Assembly (NCBI GenBank): GCA_023898585.1
Contig: CP060229.1
Coordinates: 75,388 to 139,387 of the forward strand
Length of the DNA: 64,000 bases
Reading direction: 5' to 3'
Origin: Candidatus Nomurabacteria bacterium
Lineage (GTDB): Bacteria > Patescibacteriota > Minisyncoccia > Phycocordibacterales > UBA918
The position numbers were made by a program, and so were the translations under genes. Below the pieces are notes generated by a model. It saw only the letters and a program-made list of their open reading frames with translations. It did no database searches and had not been told where the DNA came from. Positions 19,556 to 28,880 of this stretch are shown one piece after another; position 1 is the first letter of the stretch, and each line of letters starts with the position of its first letter.

Positions 19556-22192
19556 CTACTCGGCAGATTCCGACTCGGTAGCAGAGCCTTCACCTTCATC
19601 TGCTGTTGCATCAGGAGGTGTTTCTGTAACAACTTCTTCAGAGGGTTCGTTTGAAGCACCTTCATCACTCTGATCAGGTTCCGAAGAAGCATTGATGGTA
19701 TTGATCGGCTTTACCAAACCAGTGTCGACACCTGTGTCTGTAGTAACAGTATCTTCGAAGCTTCTTTCCGGAGATGTTTCAGCAACTGGCACATCGAGTC
19801 CAAAATCTGGTAGTACGATATCTTCACCGTTTTCAATTTGCCTAATTAGCGTTAAGAGCTGTTCGTTGTCCGGATTAGTCTGTTGTACCATACGTAATTG
19901 TTCGAGAGCACCGGCAACGTTATCGGTTTCAGCATAAACAAGGGCCAGCATGTAACGAGCGTTCGCGTAAGCCGGATCTAAACCAACTGCTCGATTAAAG
20001 ACAGTAATCGCTTCTTCGTTGTTACTAATTGCAGACAATAGAACTCCCAATTGGAAGTACCTGGTCGGATTGTTTGGCTCGAGAATAATAATGGCTCTCG
20101 TCGTTGCAATAGCGGATTCGGTTTTACCTTCATTAATATCCAGCTGGGCTGACAAATAAAGCGCTTCGGTAAAGTTTCCTTTGAGATTTAATGCTTCGGC
20201 TATTTCCTTACGCGCCAACTCTATATCGCCAATTCTCACCGCCATTTGAGCGCCAATCAGTCTGTACCCAGGATTAAGTGGATCAATCTTTTTAGCCTGA
20301 TTAAGAGCCTGTTCTGCCCTTTCCTGAGCTCCATCTATACCAGCAATAGCAAGACCGCTGTAGACACCGGCCAATATGGCGTGGTTAGTCGGGTTGGTCG
20401 GATCATCTTTAGCAGCCTGTTCCGCAAATTTTAGAGCTAGTTCGGCCACTCTTCTAAATTGCTCTTGCTGCTCTTCGTTTGGCTGACTGATTGTTAACAA
20501 CGAATTCAAGTTGCTCAATTGTATTCTGGCTCTGACGCTGACAAAACGATCGTCAGGGTACATACCATAAGAACTGAGAGCTAATTGTTCAAACTCGTCG
20601 ATAGACTGTGCCATGACCTGGGCTTTGGAGAAGCGAGTCTCTGCCACATACTGCTTGGTCACCGAAAAGAGCGCCCCTACCACGATGGTTATAACAAGAA
20701 TGGTTGTCGCCATTAGAAAGAAACCTCTCTGACGATTTATGGCAAGAGGCACGGTGCGAAGCATGCCCGGCAATAGAGAACCGGCTGCCACGAACGTCAT
20801 TCCGGTAAACATTGCTCCAAGAATCAGTATTCCAGCCCCTGGCACATAGATATAAGACATCCCCCATATGAAACAAGAAGCACCGAAAGTAACGGCCCCG
20901 AAATAGTACCAGTAGGAATCATACCGATCACTTCTCAATAACATCCGATAACCCAAGTATAGGAAGTACAGATGGAAGGCTACCAACAACAATCCTCCTA
21001 GAAGACCAACATTTACAAACAACGTCGGGACAAAACCGCTACCGGAATTAAAATCAGTGTCCCAGAAAATAGTGTCGTTTATGCTTCGATCTTTGTATTG
21101 ACGCCAAGCGTCCGAAAAGCGATTAGGACCAATACCAAACAAAATGTTTTCTTTATACACTGATTTAGCAATGTCTATCGTCGCTCCGGCTGACGGTTTG
21201 ACTTCTACGTAATTTACATCAGTCCACTGACTTATTTTGTTACCGGCATAATCACCGGCCACAATAAACACAGCACTGACGATACAAACCAACATCGTCG
21301 TTGTGATCAACACGCGTGAATTGGTTTTCACAAAAGAGTTATTTTCTGTCCTAAACAAAGAATCTCTGGACAATAGATAAACAAACATTAGAAGACTGAA
21401 GAAACCGACCACCAACCAGATATCAAAGAAATTGATTGTAGCCAAGACGGCAAGCGAAGCTAAGATTAACAGCGATAAAGAATACTGAAGCCAAGACTTA
21501 AGCGGAAGTTGGACCAGGGTGATGAGTCCGATAATAATCACCAGCCCGGCGAAGATAGCAAGATCATTAAAACCACCAATCGGAGAAACTGTTACCGAAC
21601 CAAAACTGCCAAATTGTAATATCTCCGGACCGAACAACAATCTCACCAGATTATAAACAATGAGTAAAACCGCTGAAAAACTGAAGAAAGCCAAGGCCTT
21701 AATACTCATGACTTTAGAGTTCTGAAGAACTAGTGGGATAGTCATGACGAGACATAAAACACCAAGAAAACCAACTGTATGTATCTCCATCACACTGCCA
21801 CGAAGAGCATCTTGAGAATCTCCTGATAACAAGCCGGAAATCAAAGCGGTAAACAATAAGAGCCAAAACAAAAAAAGTGAAATAGGCAAAACCGTCGCAC
21901 CTTGTGTCTTTCTAACAGCCAACAACATAACCGAAATTACAACAACAGTGCTTACCAAGATACTTAACATCACCTTATCAAAACCCAAAGATGCCCATAA
22001 ACCAGGGATAAAGAAAATCGGAACTAACCCGAGTAACGTTATAACACCATATTGCGATACGGTTTTTAGCGTGGTTGCAGTAACGTCATTTTTAAAATTA
22101 CTTTCTTCACCAGCCACACCCTCTCCTCCTTCTTTGGGAGGCCACTGTTTCATTTTTGGTATAAATAAACTGCCTGACATAAAAAATCCCAC
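19556..22192 (-). CDS. O-antigen ligase-like polytopic membrane protein fused to C-terminal TPR repeats and acidic tail
   Basis: about 12 TM helices (Wzy_C-like), then TPR-like repeats (YANARYMLALVYAETDNVAGALEQL etc.) and Glu/Asp/Ser-rich C-terminus. Confidence 0.55.
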   Translation of the reverse strand: MGFFMSGSLFIPKMKQWPPKEGGEGVAGEESNFKNDVTATTLKTVSQYGVITLLGLVPIFFIPGLWASLGFDKVMLSILVSTVVVISVMLLAVRKTQGATVLPISLFLFWLLLFTALISGLLSGDSQDALRGSVMEIHTVGFLGVLCLVMTIPLVLQNSKVMSIKALAFFSFSAVLLIVYNLVRLLFGPEILQFGSFGSVTVSPIGGFNDLAIFAGLVIIIGLITLVQLPLKSWLQYSLSLLILASLAVLATINFFDIWLVVGFFSLLMFVYLLSRDSLFRTENNSFVKTNSRVLITTTMLVCIVSAVFIVAGDYAGNKISQWTDVNYVEVKPSAGATIDIAKSVYKENILFGIGPNRFSDAWRQYKDRSINDTIFWDTDFNSGSGFVPTLFVNVGLLGGLLLVAFHLYFLYLGYRMLLRSDRYDSYWYYFGAVTFGASCFIWGMSYIYVPGAGILILGAMFTGMTFVAAGSLLPGMLRTVPLAINRQRGFFLMATTILVITIVVGALFSVTKQYVAETRFSKAQVMAQSIDEFEQLALSSYGMYPDDRFVSVRARIQLSNLNSLLTISQPNEEQQEQFRRVAELALKFAEQAAKDDPTNPTNHAILAGVYSGLAIAGIDGAQERAEQALNQAKKIDPLNPGYRLIGAQMAVRIGDIELARKEIAEALNLKGNFTEALYLSAQLDINEGKTESAIATTRAIIILEPNNPTRYFQLGVLLSAISNNEEAITVFNRAVGLDPAYANARYMLALVYAETDNVAGALEQLRMVQQTNPDNEQLLTLIRQIENGEDIVLPDFGLDVPVAETSPERSFEDTVTTDTGVDTGLVKPINTINASSEPDQSDEGASNEPSEEVVTETPPDATADEGEGSATESESAE

Positions 22193-22222
22193 TAATTAAT
22201 ATGCTTATTATTCTATCATAAG

Positions 22223-22250
22223 AAAAAAATACCCAAACGGGTATTTTTTT
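22223..22250 (-). terminator. hairpin terminator at 3' end of rnpB
   Basis: AAAAAAATACCC-AAAC-GGGTATTTTTTT symmetrical hairpin with U-runs. Confidence 0.6.
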
Positions 22251-22790
22251 CACACCTAAGCCGGATTCTGTCAGACCGAAGTCTGGATGATCATTTACCT
22301 AGGATATATGTTGCCATATACCTCATGCGACTCTCCCAGCCCTACTTTCCAGTATCATTTATTTCCGTCACTGAGAACTATTCAAATTGAAGAATTCCTA
22401 CCTTTTATTTATAAATGATTTCAGAAAGTAGGGCTGGGCACGGTCTTGCACACAAGTAAGGATTTTGCCGTTTCAATCGGATTGTTACCAACCTGACTAT
22501 TCCTTTAAAACAAAGGAATCCCCTTGCTTTCGCTCCGGGCGTCTCTGCTCGCACCTCTTTGAGCACCCACCTAGGAAATCCAATCAAAGACCGGATAGTT
22601 AAGTAGATGCACGACGACGGGTGTTACCCGCTACCTGGCTCCACGGAAATCGTGGGTGTGTCCGGACTTTCCTCCCAGCTCTACTTTTACGAAACAGTTG
22701 TTAGGATTTACCTACAACAGCCAACAAAATAGTATCGACTATTTGCTCACCGACCACATCGTAAAAGCAGAGCTGGGCGATCATCGTGTT
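22248..22790 (-). ncRNA. rnpB: RNase P RNA (bacterial type A-like) with expanded P3 and P16/17 helices
   Basis: minus strand carries P4 halves GGGAGGAAAGUCCGGAC (22675..22658) and CUGACAGAAUCCGGCUUA (22268..22251), P5-P7 GCCAGGUAGCGGGUAACACCC, P11/12-like GGUGCG...; ends approximate. Confidence 0.75.
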
Positions 22791-22858
22791 CTCTCATTAT
22801 GCAACAATTTGTAAATATTGCAATGTTTTCGCTTCTACCGAAGCGTCGATTGTGCGAA

Positions 22859-23419
22859 CTAGGAAGTCTTGAGCACAACTTGATCGCCAACTTTTATTGA
22901 ATTATTAGAAACGAAACCGGCTACCGCCTCTATAACAAACCAGGACGAGACGGGAGAAGCGAAAGATTCCGGGTATGTGTCAGGAGAGACGTTTTCTTCA
23001 ATGTGAACAATTTCACCTTCCTCCGCGACCCATATAATATCAATCGAGTAATTCATGTCCTTCATCCAAATTGAATGTTCACCGGCTGTGCCGAAAGAAA
23101 ACAGCTTTACCACATTGTCGGGCAGAAACGGGGTGTCGGAAAGACCCATGATGCGCTCCGGTATAGTGTCTGCAACTGAAGCTTGTACAGGAACGCCACT
23201 AATGGTAATCGGAACCGTATTAGGATAAATGACTCGCCAGTCTTCGGGAGGAACATCCTTTTCCTGCTCCTCACTTTTTACCGATATTTCATACTCACCG
23301 CGAGCCACCGCTTCACGCACATTCTCTTGTTCATACTGAACCGCAAAATAAATCCAAACTCCACCCCCAACGAGGGCAATAAACAAAAGCACCATGACAA
23401 TTCTTTCGGCGGTTTTCAT
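22859..23419 (-). CDS. DUF192 domain protein (COG1430) with N-terminal membrane anchor
   Basis: 186-aa ORF; C-terminal DUF192-like pattern (GLSDTP...MKDMNYSIDIIWVAEEGEIVHIEE...WFVIEAVAGF...GDQVVL). Confidence 0.6.
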   Translation of the reverse strand: MKTAERIVMVLLFIALVGGGVWIYFAVQYEQENVREAVARGEYEISVKSEEQEKDVPPEDWRVIYPNTVPITISGVPVQASVADTIPERIMGLSDTPFLPDNVVKLFSFGTAGEHSIWMKDMNYSIDIIWVAEEGEIVHIEENVSPDTYPESFASPVSSWFVIEAVAGFVSNNSIKVGDQVVLKTS

Positions 23420-23435
23420 ACAAAAAATATCAAGC

Positions 23436-23632
23436 TAGACTAATTTTTACTTTAGTAGAGCGTGTTCAAAAATCCTCCGATCTCCAAAGGTTTGCAAAAT
23501 TTGAGACAAAAAATTGATAGAATTTCGAGTCATACTGATTGTACGGTAAGAAATTATAGCGGTTTTTTGACCAAATTTTGCAAACCGACGTGCCGGAACA
23601 AAATACTAGAAAGCAATTCATTCTTTTGTGTA
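23436..23632 (-). repeat. MITE-like element copy A (inverted relative to copy B at 58377..58571)
   Basis: 197 bp; termini TAGAGCGTGTTCAAAAA ... TTTTTGGACATGCTCTA; reverse complement about 90% identical to 58377..58571; internal TTGCAA-N19-TATAAT promoter-like sequence oriented toward DUF192 gene. Confidence 0.8.
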
Positions 23633-23666
23633 GGATTTTTGGACATGCTCTAGTATTGGCAGTATA

Positions 23667-24959
23667 TCACTTTAGGACATCGAGGAAAATTGTCGCTAGC
23701 CCGAGCAAGAAAATAAGCCCACAGACGTCCGTGACAGTGGAAATAAAAATGGTTGATGTGGCCGCCGGATCCTTCCCAAGATGTTTCATCAGTAAAGGCA
23801 CAATCGAACCGGCGAAGGCTGCCACAATATGTGAGGCAACAAGAGCGACAGCAACAATCGCTCCGAGTTCGGGCTGACCATTCCACAAGGCCGAGACCAG
23901 GGCCACTATAGAACCAATAATTACTCCGTTTGCTACTCCAGCACCCAACTCCTTCCAGATGGCCGGGGTGGCATTCTGCAACGAAATAGTTCCTAGCGTT
24001 ATACCCCGCACCATAATCGCAAAGGTTTGAGTAGCGGCGTTGCCACCCATACCGGCGATAATGGGAATGTAGACCGCTAGAATCGTCAGCGTGTCCAAAG
24101 TATCCTGAAAAGCAAGAACTACTGAACCGGCTAAAAAACAAGTTGCCAAGTTAAGAATCAACCATTTGTAGCGGTTCTGCACCTTTTTCCCCACACCATC
24201 AAAAGGCCTTTCACTATCATCGACACCGGCAAATTCATACAAAGATTCGGCCGGCATGTTACCGAACAATGTCCTCGCGGCATCGGCGTAGATGATACCC
24301 AACACACTGGTATCGTGATCAAGGACAATCACCTTTTTACTGTCGGTACTTACCAAAGTGTCGACTATCTTATTGACATCCGCTTGATAGGTAATAGTCT
24401 GGACACTCTGAACATGCTTCTTCAAAATACTGGTGTTTCTTTCTTTTACAATCGAAGAAAGTGGTACCTCACCAATTAATTCACCATCATCATGCACTAA
24501 AACTTCGGGGTAGCGGGCCGTCTCTTCGTAGTGATCACTTATCAGTTCAGCCGCTTTAGAAATCGTTAATGAACCGGCTAGAAACAAATAGTTGAAGTTG
24601 ATCAACGATAGAGTGGCCTTGGGGTGAAACCGCAAAAAATATTCCATTTTTTCTTTAACATCACCTTTGAGACGTTGGACGATTTTGTCTCTTTGTTTTG
24701 GGTTTTTTATTCTAGCCAAAACTCGTTGTGCTTGTTGCATGTCCATATGATCGAGCATCTCAACAATCTCGTGTATGCGCAGATGTTTTAGTATTGACTG
24801 TTGTACATAAGGTGACAAATTCTCAAAAACAACACTTCGTTCAGGTACGCTCATGTCGCGAAATATACTCATTCTCTCCTTAGTATGATAAGTCAGAGAA
24901 TGCACATAATCCGGTTTCTTTTTCTGCATTGCCATCAGTATATCAGGGTCGCGATACAA
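23667..24959 (-). CDS. mgtE: magnesium transporter MgtE
   Basis: N-terminal MgtE_N, tandem CBS region, C-terminal 5-TM MgtE channel domain; 430 aa. Confidence 0.85.
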   Translation of the reverse strand: MYRDPDILMAMQKKKPDYVHSLTYHTKERMSIFRDMSVPERSVVFENLSPYVQQSILKHLRIHEIVEMLDHMDMQQAQRVLARIKNPKQRDKIVQRLKGDVKEKMEYFLRFHPKATLSLINFNYLFLAGSLTISKAAELISDHYEETARYPEVLVHDDGELIGEVPLSSIVKERNTSILKKHVQSVQTITYQADVNKIVDTLVSTDSKKVIVLDHDTSVLGIIYADAARTLFGNMPAESLYEFAGVDDSERPFDGVGKKVQNRYKWLILNLATCFLAGSVVLAFQDTLDTLTILAVYIPIIAGMGGNAATQTFAIMVRGITLGTISLQNATPAIWKELGAGVANGVIIGSIVALVSALWNGQPELGAIVAVALVASHIVAAFAGSIVPLLMKHLGKDPAATSTIFISTVTDVCGLIFLLGLATIFLDVLK

Positions 24960-25038
24960 AAATTATGGTTGTTCATAAAAGCCGTGCGACCTAAAGGTCG
25001 CACGGCTTTTACATTTCGAAGACCGGACAAACTGAAAA

Positions 25039-25830
25039 TTATTTAATCTCAATCTCCGCCAACTCTTTTAGTTCAGTCAAGTAATTATCAATTGCTACTT
25101 GCTCTTTGGAAGCTCGTACTTGAGCTTCAACCTGTTCTCTAACTTCCTCAAGAGCAGGCAAACCAGCTTCTTCACCGCCCGCGCCCTGGTAAAGAGCGGA
25201 AACTTCTTCTTCCGTCACCTCTATCACCGCTTCTTCAAAAACAGTTTCCAGTAATTGCTGAATCGTCAGCTCATCTCTTACGTCCTTGTATAACCGATCT
25301 TCAGTAATACCAAGTGAGGTCATTCTTTCGTTCAACACTTCTTCCCCACCAATCTCAGTCTTTATACCTTCCAGCCTCTCTGAAACCGCCTCATCTGAAA
25401 TATTGATACCTTTTTCTGAGGCCGCTTGTTTCAACAATTCAGTATTCACTAACACGTCAAGTGCCTGGGTCCTTATTTCAGCTGTGGCCTCAGGGGTTGT
25501 GATATCGACACCTTGAGCTGACGCTACTTGGCTGAATTGTTGGATACTGGTACTAAGGTCAGAGTTAATTATTTCCTTGCCATTAACTACCGCGACGACA
25601 GTATTGGCATTTTGGTTAGCGATAACCGACTCGAAAATATTAGTTGAGGAGCGACCTTGTTTTTCCATCATATACAAAACCGCGAGAATAATCGCCACCA
25701 CTATCACGACGGCTACAACGTACCCCCAGACTTTGGACTTCTTTTTGGTTTCAGAAGTCACTGCAGACTCCTCGGAAGTCACTCTTTCTTCAGTTGATTC
25801 GACTTTTGGTTGTGTTTCGTTTTCGCTCAT
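25039..25830 (-). CDS. membrane-anchored SurA N-terminal-domain-like chaperone (hypothetical)
   Basis: single N-terminal TM, helical Glu-rich periplasmic domain resembling SurA_N/PrsA N-domain. Confidence 0.4.
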   Translation of the reverse strand: MSENETQPKVESTEERVTSEESAVTSETKKKSKVWGYVVAVVIVVAIILAVLYMMEKQGRSSTNIFESVIANQNANTVVAVVNGKEIINSDLSTSIQQFSQVASAQGVDITTPEATAEIRTQALDVLVNTELLKQAASEKGINISDEAVSERLEGIKTEIGGEEVLNERMTSLGITEDRLYKDVRDELTIQQLLETVFEEAVIEVTEEEVSALYQGAGGEEAGLPALEEVREQVEAQVRASKEQVAIDNYLTELKELAEIEIK

Positions 25831-25919
25831 AGAATTTTACAACATTATAATAATATCCCGTGCCCACACAAAAAGGAGTAAGCGACGTACGTAGGCAATA
25901 TATTACACCAGAGTAGTCT

Positions 25920-26681
25920 CTAAGACAAAGCCTTCGGGTGCTGAAGACTCCAACTCGCGAGTACAACCGCTGTCGCAGTCGCTACATTCAATGACTCACA
26001 CTGAGGATGAATAGGTACAGAAATTAGCTCGTCGCACAATTCCTTAGTTTTTTCTCGGAGACCCACGCTTTCATTACCAAGCACAAACACAGAGGGTCGA
26101 GTGAATTTTTCCGTGACTGTAGTGGTAGTACCTTTCCCTTCAAGTCCATAGACCCAAAAACCGTCTTGTTGTAGATCTCGCAATACTGTGTTTACGTTTG
26201 GGATCGTCACCAAAGGAACTCGAAAAGCCATACCGGCCGACACCTTCACCACACTACCAGTAATCGGGGCTTGATTATGTGGCGGTATAAGTACCCCCGC
26301 CACGCCAAAAGCGGCTCCCGACCTGATAATCGCTCCTACATTGTGTGGATCTTGCACCTCACCAAGAACCAAAAGGGCTGTGTCGGGAGTTTTTTTCAGT
26401 GATTCTCTGAATTCTTTGTATGGTACGGTCAGTTTGTGGGGCAATAGCCCGGCCACCACCCCCTGGTGGGTAGCATTGGAAGAAATACCTCGGGGTGGAT
26501 TCTTTAGATTAAGAATTTTAATGGAAATATTGTTCCTTTCCGCCAGCGTTAGTATTGTCTTTTCTCTAAAATCTGCTTCCAGATACAGCTCCACCACAAC
26601 GTCCGGACGCTCTTGTAGCATCTCGCAGACAGCATGCTTTCCATAGATATACTCCACCTCGACTCTCTCTTTTTTCTTCAT
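25920..26681 (-). CDS. TrmH/SpoU-family RNA 2'-O-methyltransferase (RlmB-like)
   Basis: SpoU_sub_bind N-region plus SPOUT motifs (VLGEVQDPHNVGAIIRSGAAFG, VFVLGNESVGL, ESLNVATATAVVL). Confidence 0.8.
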   Translation of the reverse strand: MKKKERVEVEYIYGKHAVCEMLQERPDVVVELYLEADFREKTILTLAERNNISIKILNLKNPPRGISSNATHQGVVAGLLPHKLTVPYKEFRESLKKTPDTALLVLGEVQDPHNVGAIIRSGAAFGVAGVLIPPHNQAPITGSVVKVSAGMAFRVPLVTIPNVNTVLRDLQQDGFWVYGLEGKGTTTTVTEKFTRPSVFVLGNESVGLREKTKELCDELISVPIHPQCESLNVATATAVVLASWSLQHPKALS

Positions 26682-27042
26682 AATTGGCGCATAGTACCAC
26701 AGTTTTTCATTTTAAAAAGACTGACAGGCGTTATAGATAGATAAAACTGTTACTGCATTCACCCTGTGAATATGGAAACAAACACAAGCTACTAAAGGAT
26801 CGTCTGGATGAATAGTTGGGTGCTAGAGAAAACAGAAAGGAACGATAAATAAACTACCTCGCTGCAGAGCATATAGGGTATCAGCGTTGGACTACGTAGC
26901 AAATAGTGAGCCTTGTGCTGGTGAAGAGTGCAGTTGTCGGTAATTGTGATGCTCCTGATTGTTAAAGTAGTTGATATCAGGAGCAATTTTATTAAACAGA
27001 AAACTTACCTCACCAAAAATGCAATTTGTGAGGTAAGTGGTC

Positions 27043-28431
27043 CTATATAACATCATCAGCAATTGACTTGATGTAAGTTACCAGCTTATCCTGAACCGCT
27101 TTGGCTTCGGATTTTTTCTTGGCTTCAAACATCAGCTTTATTGCGTACTCGGTTACGCTCAACTTAACACCACCCCACACATCACCAAAATCTACGATCA
27201 AACCGTCAAATTTTTTAATTGATTTTGGGTGTAAACTTTTTATGTAAGCTTCGGTTTTAGCCATTGCCAATTTTTTGTCTTTAACTTCCACGATCACATC
27301 TTCAGTCTGCTGATATTTTAGATACGGTTTCATCATCTCACTGAACGTTTTCCCTTCATTCCTGGCTTCCGCGTAGACTTCCAGTACGGCAAGCATAGTC
27401 AAAGTTACAGAATCGGTGAAGAAATAGTTCTTGAAATAAAAGTGTCCGGAATGTTCACACGAGAATAACACATCCTTCTTTCTCATCGATTCTTTTATAA
27501 ACGCGTGTCCGACCCTCATAATAACAGGCTTGCCTCCACCTTCTCTGATCGCTTCTTCAAATGAACGACTGGTCAAGGATGTGTAGCCGATTTTTGCCTG
27601 TGGATTAGTTTGCAACAGACGCGTGGCAATCAAGCCTCCGATAACCGCGCTATTGATATAGTTTCCTTTTTCGTCAAGAAAAGCGATCCTGTCTGAATCC
27701 CCGTCAAAAGCAATTCCGAAATCGTACTTTTCTTTTTTAAGACGATCTTTGATCGGTTTCTGGTGTTTTGACAAAGTCGGATCAGAACCACGATTCGGAA
27801 ACGAACCGTCCAGTTTCGGAAACATTACCTCAAACTTTATTGGTAATTTTTCCTGCAACAGAGGCATAAGAACTCCCGCCATGCCGTTTCCGGCGTCCGC
27901 CAAAACTTTAATCCCCTCCCATCCCTTCGATTTGCAACCTTTCAAAACAAACCTTTGATATCCCTTCGATATATCTTTGTTTGATATTTTTCCGCGCTTT
28001 TCTGCGTCAACAAATTTTCCTTTCTCTATGCGACGACGCAACTTCCCCAGTCCAAACTTTTCTGTCAGCGGAATAGCTCCGGCGTGAACCAATTTCATTC
28101 CGTTGTATTCTTTGGGGCTGTGAGAAGCGGTAATCATCACCCCCGGCAAATCCATCGTACCGGAAGCATAATAAAGCGCTGGAGAATGCACCAAACCAAC
28201 ATTGACCACATCAGCACCCGAATCAGTCGCCCCCTTAAGAAAAGCTTCGTGCAATTTGGGAGTAGACAGACGCATATCTCGCGCTACAACCAATTTCTTA
28301 TATCGGAATTCTTCGACGAAGGCTCTGGCGACAAAATACGCCAATTCCTCGTCTATTTCGGTCGGGTAAGTGCCTCTAATGTCTGCGTCTTTAAAGGCGC
28401 GCTTATAGTCAGCCTGTAATTTCATTTTCAT
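27043..28431 (-). CDS. phosphoglucomutase/phosphomannomutase family protein
   Basis: active-site loop GVMITASHSPKEYNGMK, Mg-binding FDGDSDR; ORF extends to a GTG at 28533 but ATG at 28431 (MKMKLQADY) preferred. Confidence 0.8.
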   Translation of the reverse strand: MKMKLQADYKRAFKDADIRGTYPTEIDEELAYFVARAFVEEFRYKKLVVARDMRLSTPKLHEAFLKGATDSGADVVNVGLVHSPALYYASGTMDLPGVMITASHSPKEYNGMKLVHAGAIPLTEKFGLGKLRRRIEKGKFVDAEKRGKISNKDISKGYQRFVLKGCKSKGWEGIKVLADAGNGMAGVLMPLLQEKLPIKFEVMFPKLDGSFPNRGSDPTLSKHQKPIKDRLKKEKYDFGIAFDGDSDRIAFLDEKGNYINSAVIGGLIATRLLQTNPQAKIGYTSLTSRSFEEAIREGGGKPVIMRVGHAFIKESMRKKDVLFSCEHSGHFYFKNYFFTDSVTLTMLAVLEVYAEARNEGKTFSEMMKPYLKYQQTEDVIVEVKDKKLAMAKTEAYIKSLHPKSIKKFDGLIVDFGDVWGGVKLSVTEYAIKLMFEAKKKSEAKAVQDKLVTYIKSIADDVI

Positions 28432-28880
28432 ACGAGAGTAGTATACCTCAGAGCTTGTACAAAAAGATCCAGGTTTTGGAATTATACAATCTGTCTGTAT
28501 AACAAAAACCAACGAGATTGGTTTCCTTGACACGAAACTTTTAAAAAACCCGCCGAATAAAGCGGGTTTTGTTTTAGGTCAAAAACATGAAAGAAATTTA
28601 CAGACGGTACGTTTCCCTTCTTCCCGGGAGCCGCCCTCGGAATAATAATTCTTGAAAATATGGGAGTATGCACACAAAAACTATTGACAAAAATATAATG
28701 TGTATTACTATAGCCAGAACGCTTTTGTAACTCGCCACAACACCCACTTTAAAGCCCTGCTTTAAAGTGGGTGTGAGCACAGTGTGGGCTCAAGCGGCAG
28801 TATTCCTCGCACAACGTTGATTCTGTTATTACTACCGCACGCCCGGGGATCAAACATTCCTCTTTTAACCATATTTATTA

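Noticed and set aside
23650-24141. 163-aa ORF overlapping mgtE in another frame, and other antisense or overlapping ORFs (e.g. 39259..39654 inside ftsE, 20589..20876, 16957..17413, 40425..40794)
   Set aside because: They are embedded in or antisense to well-supported conserved genes and have low-complexity or atypical composition. Judged to be spurious.
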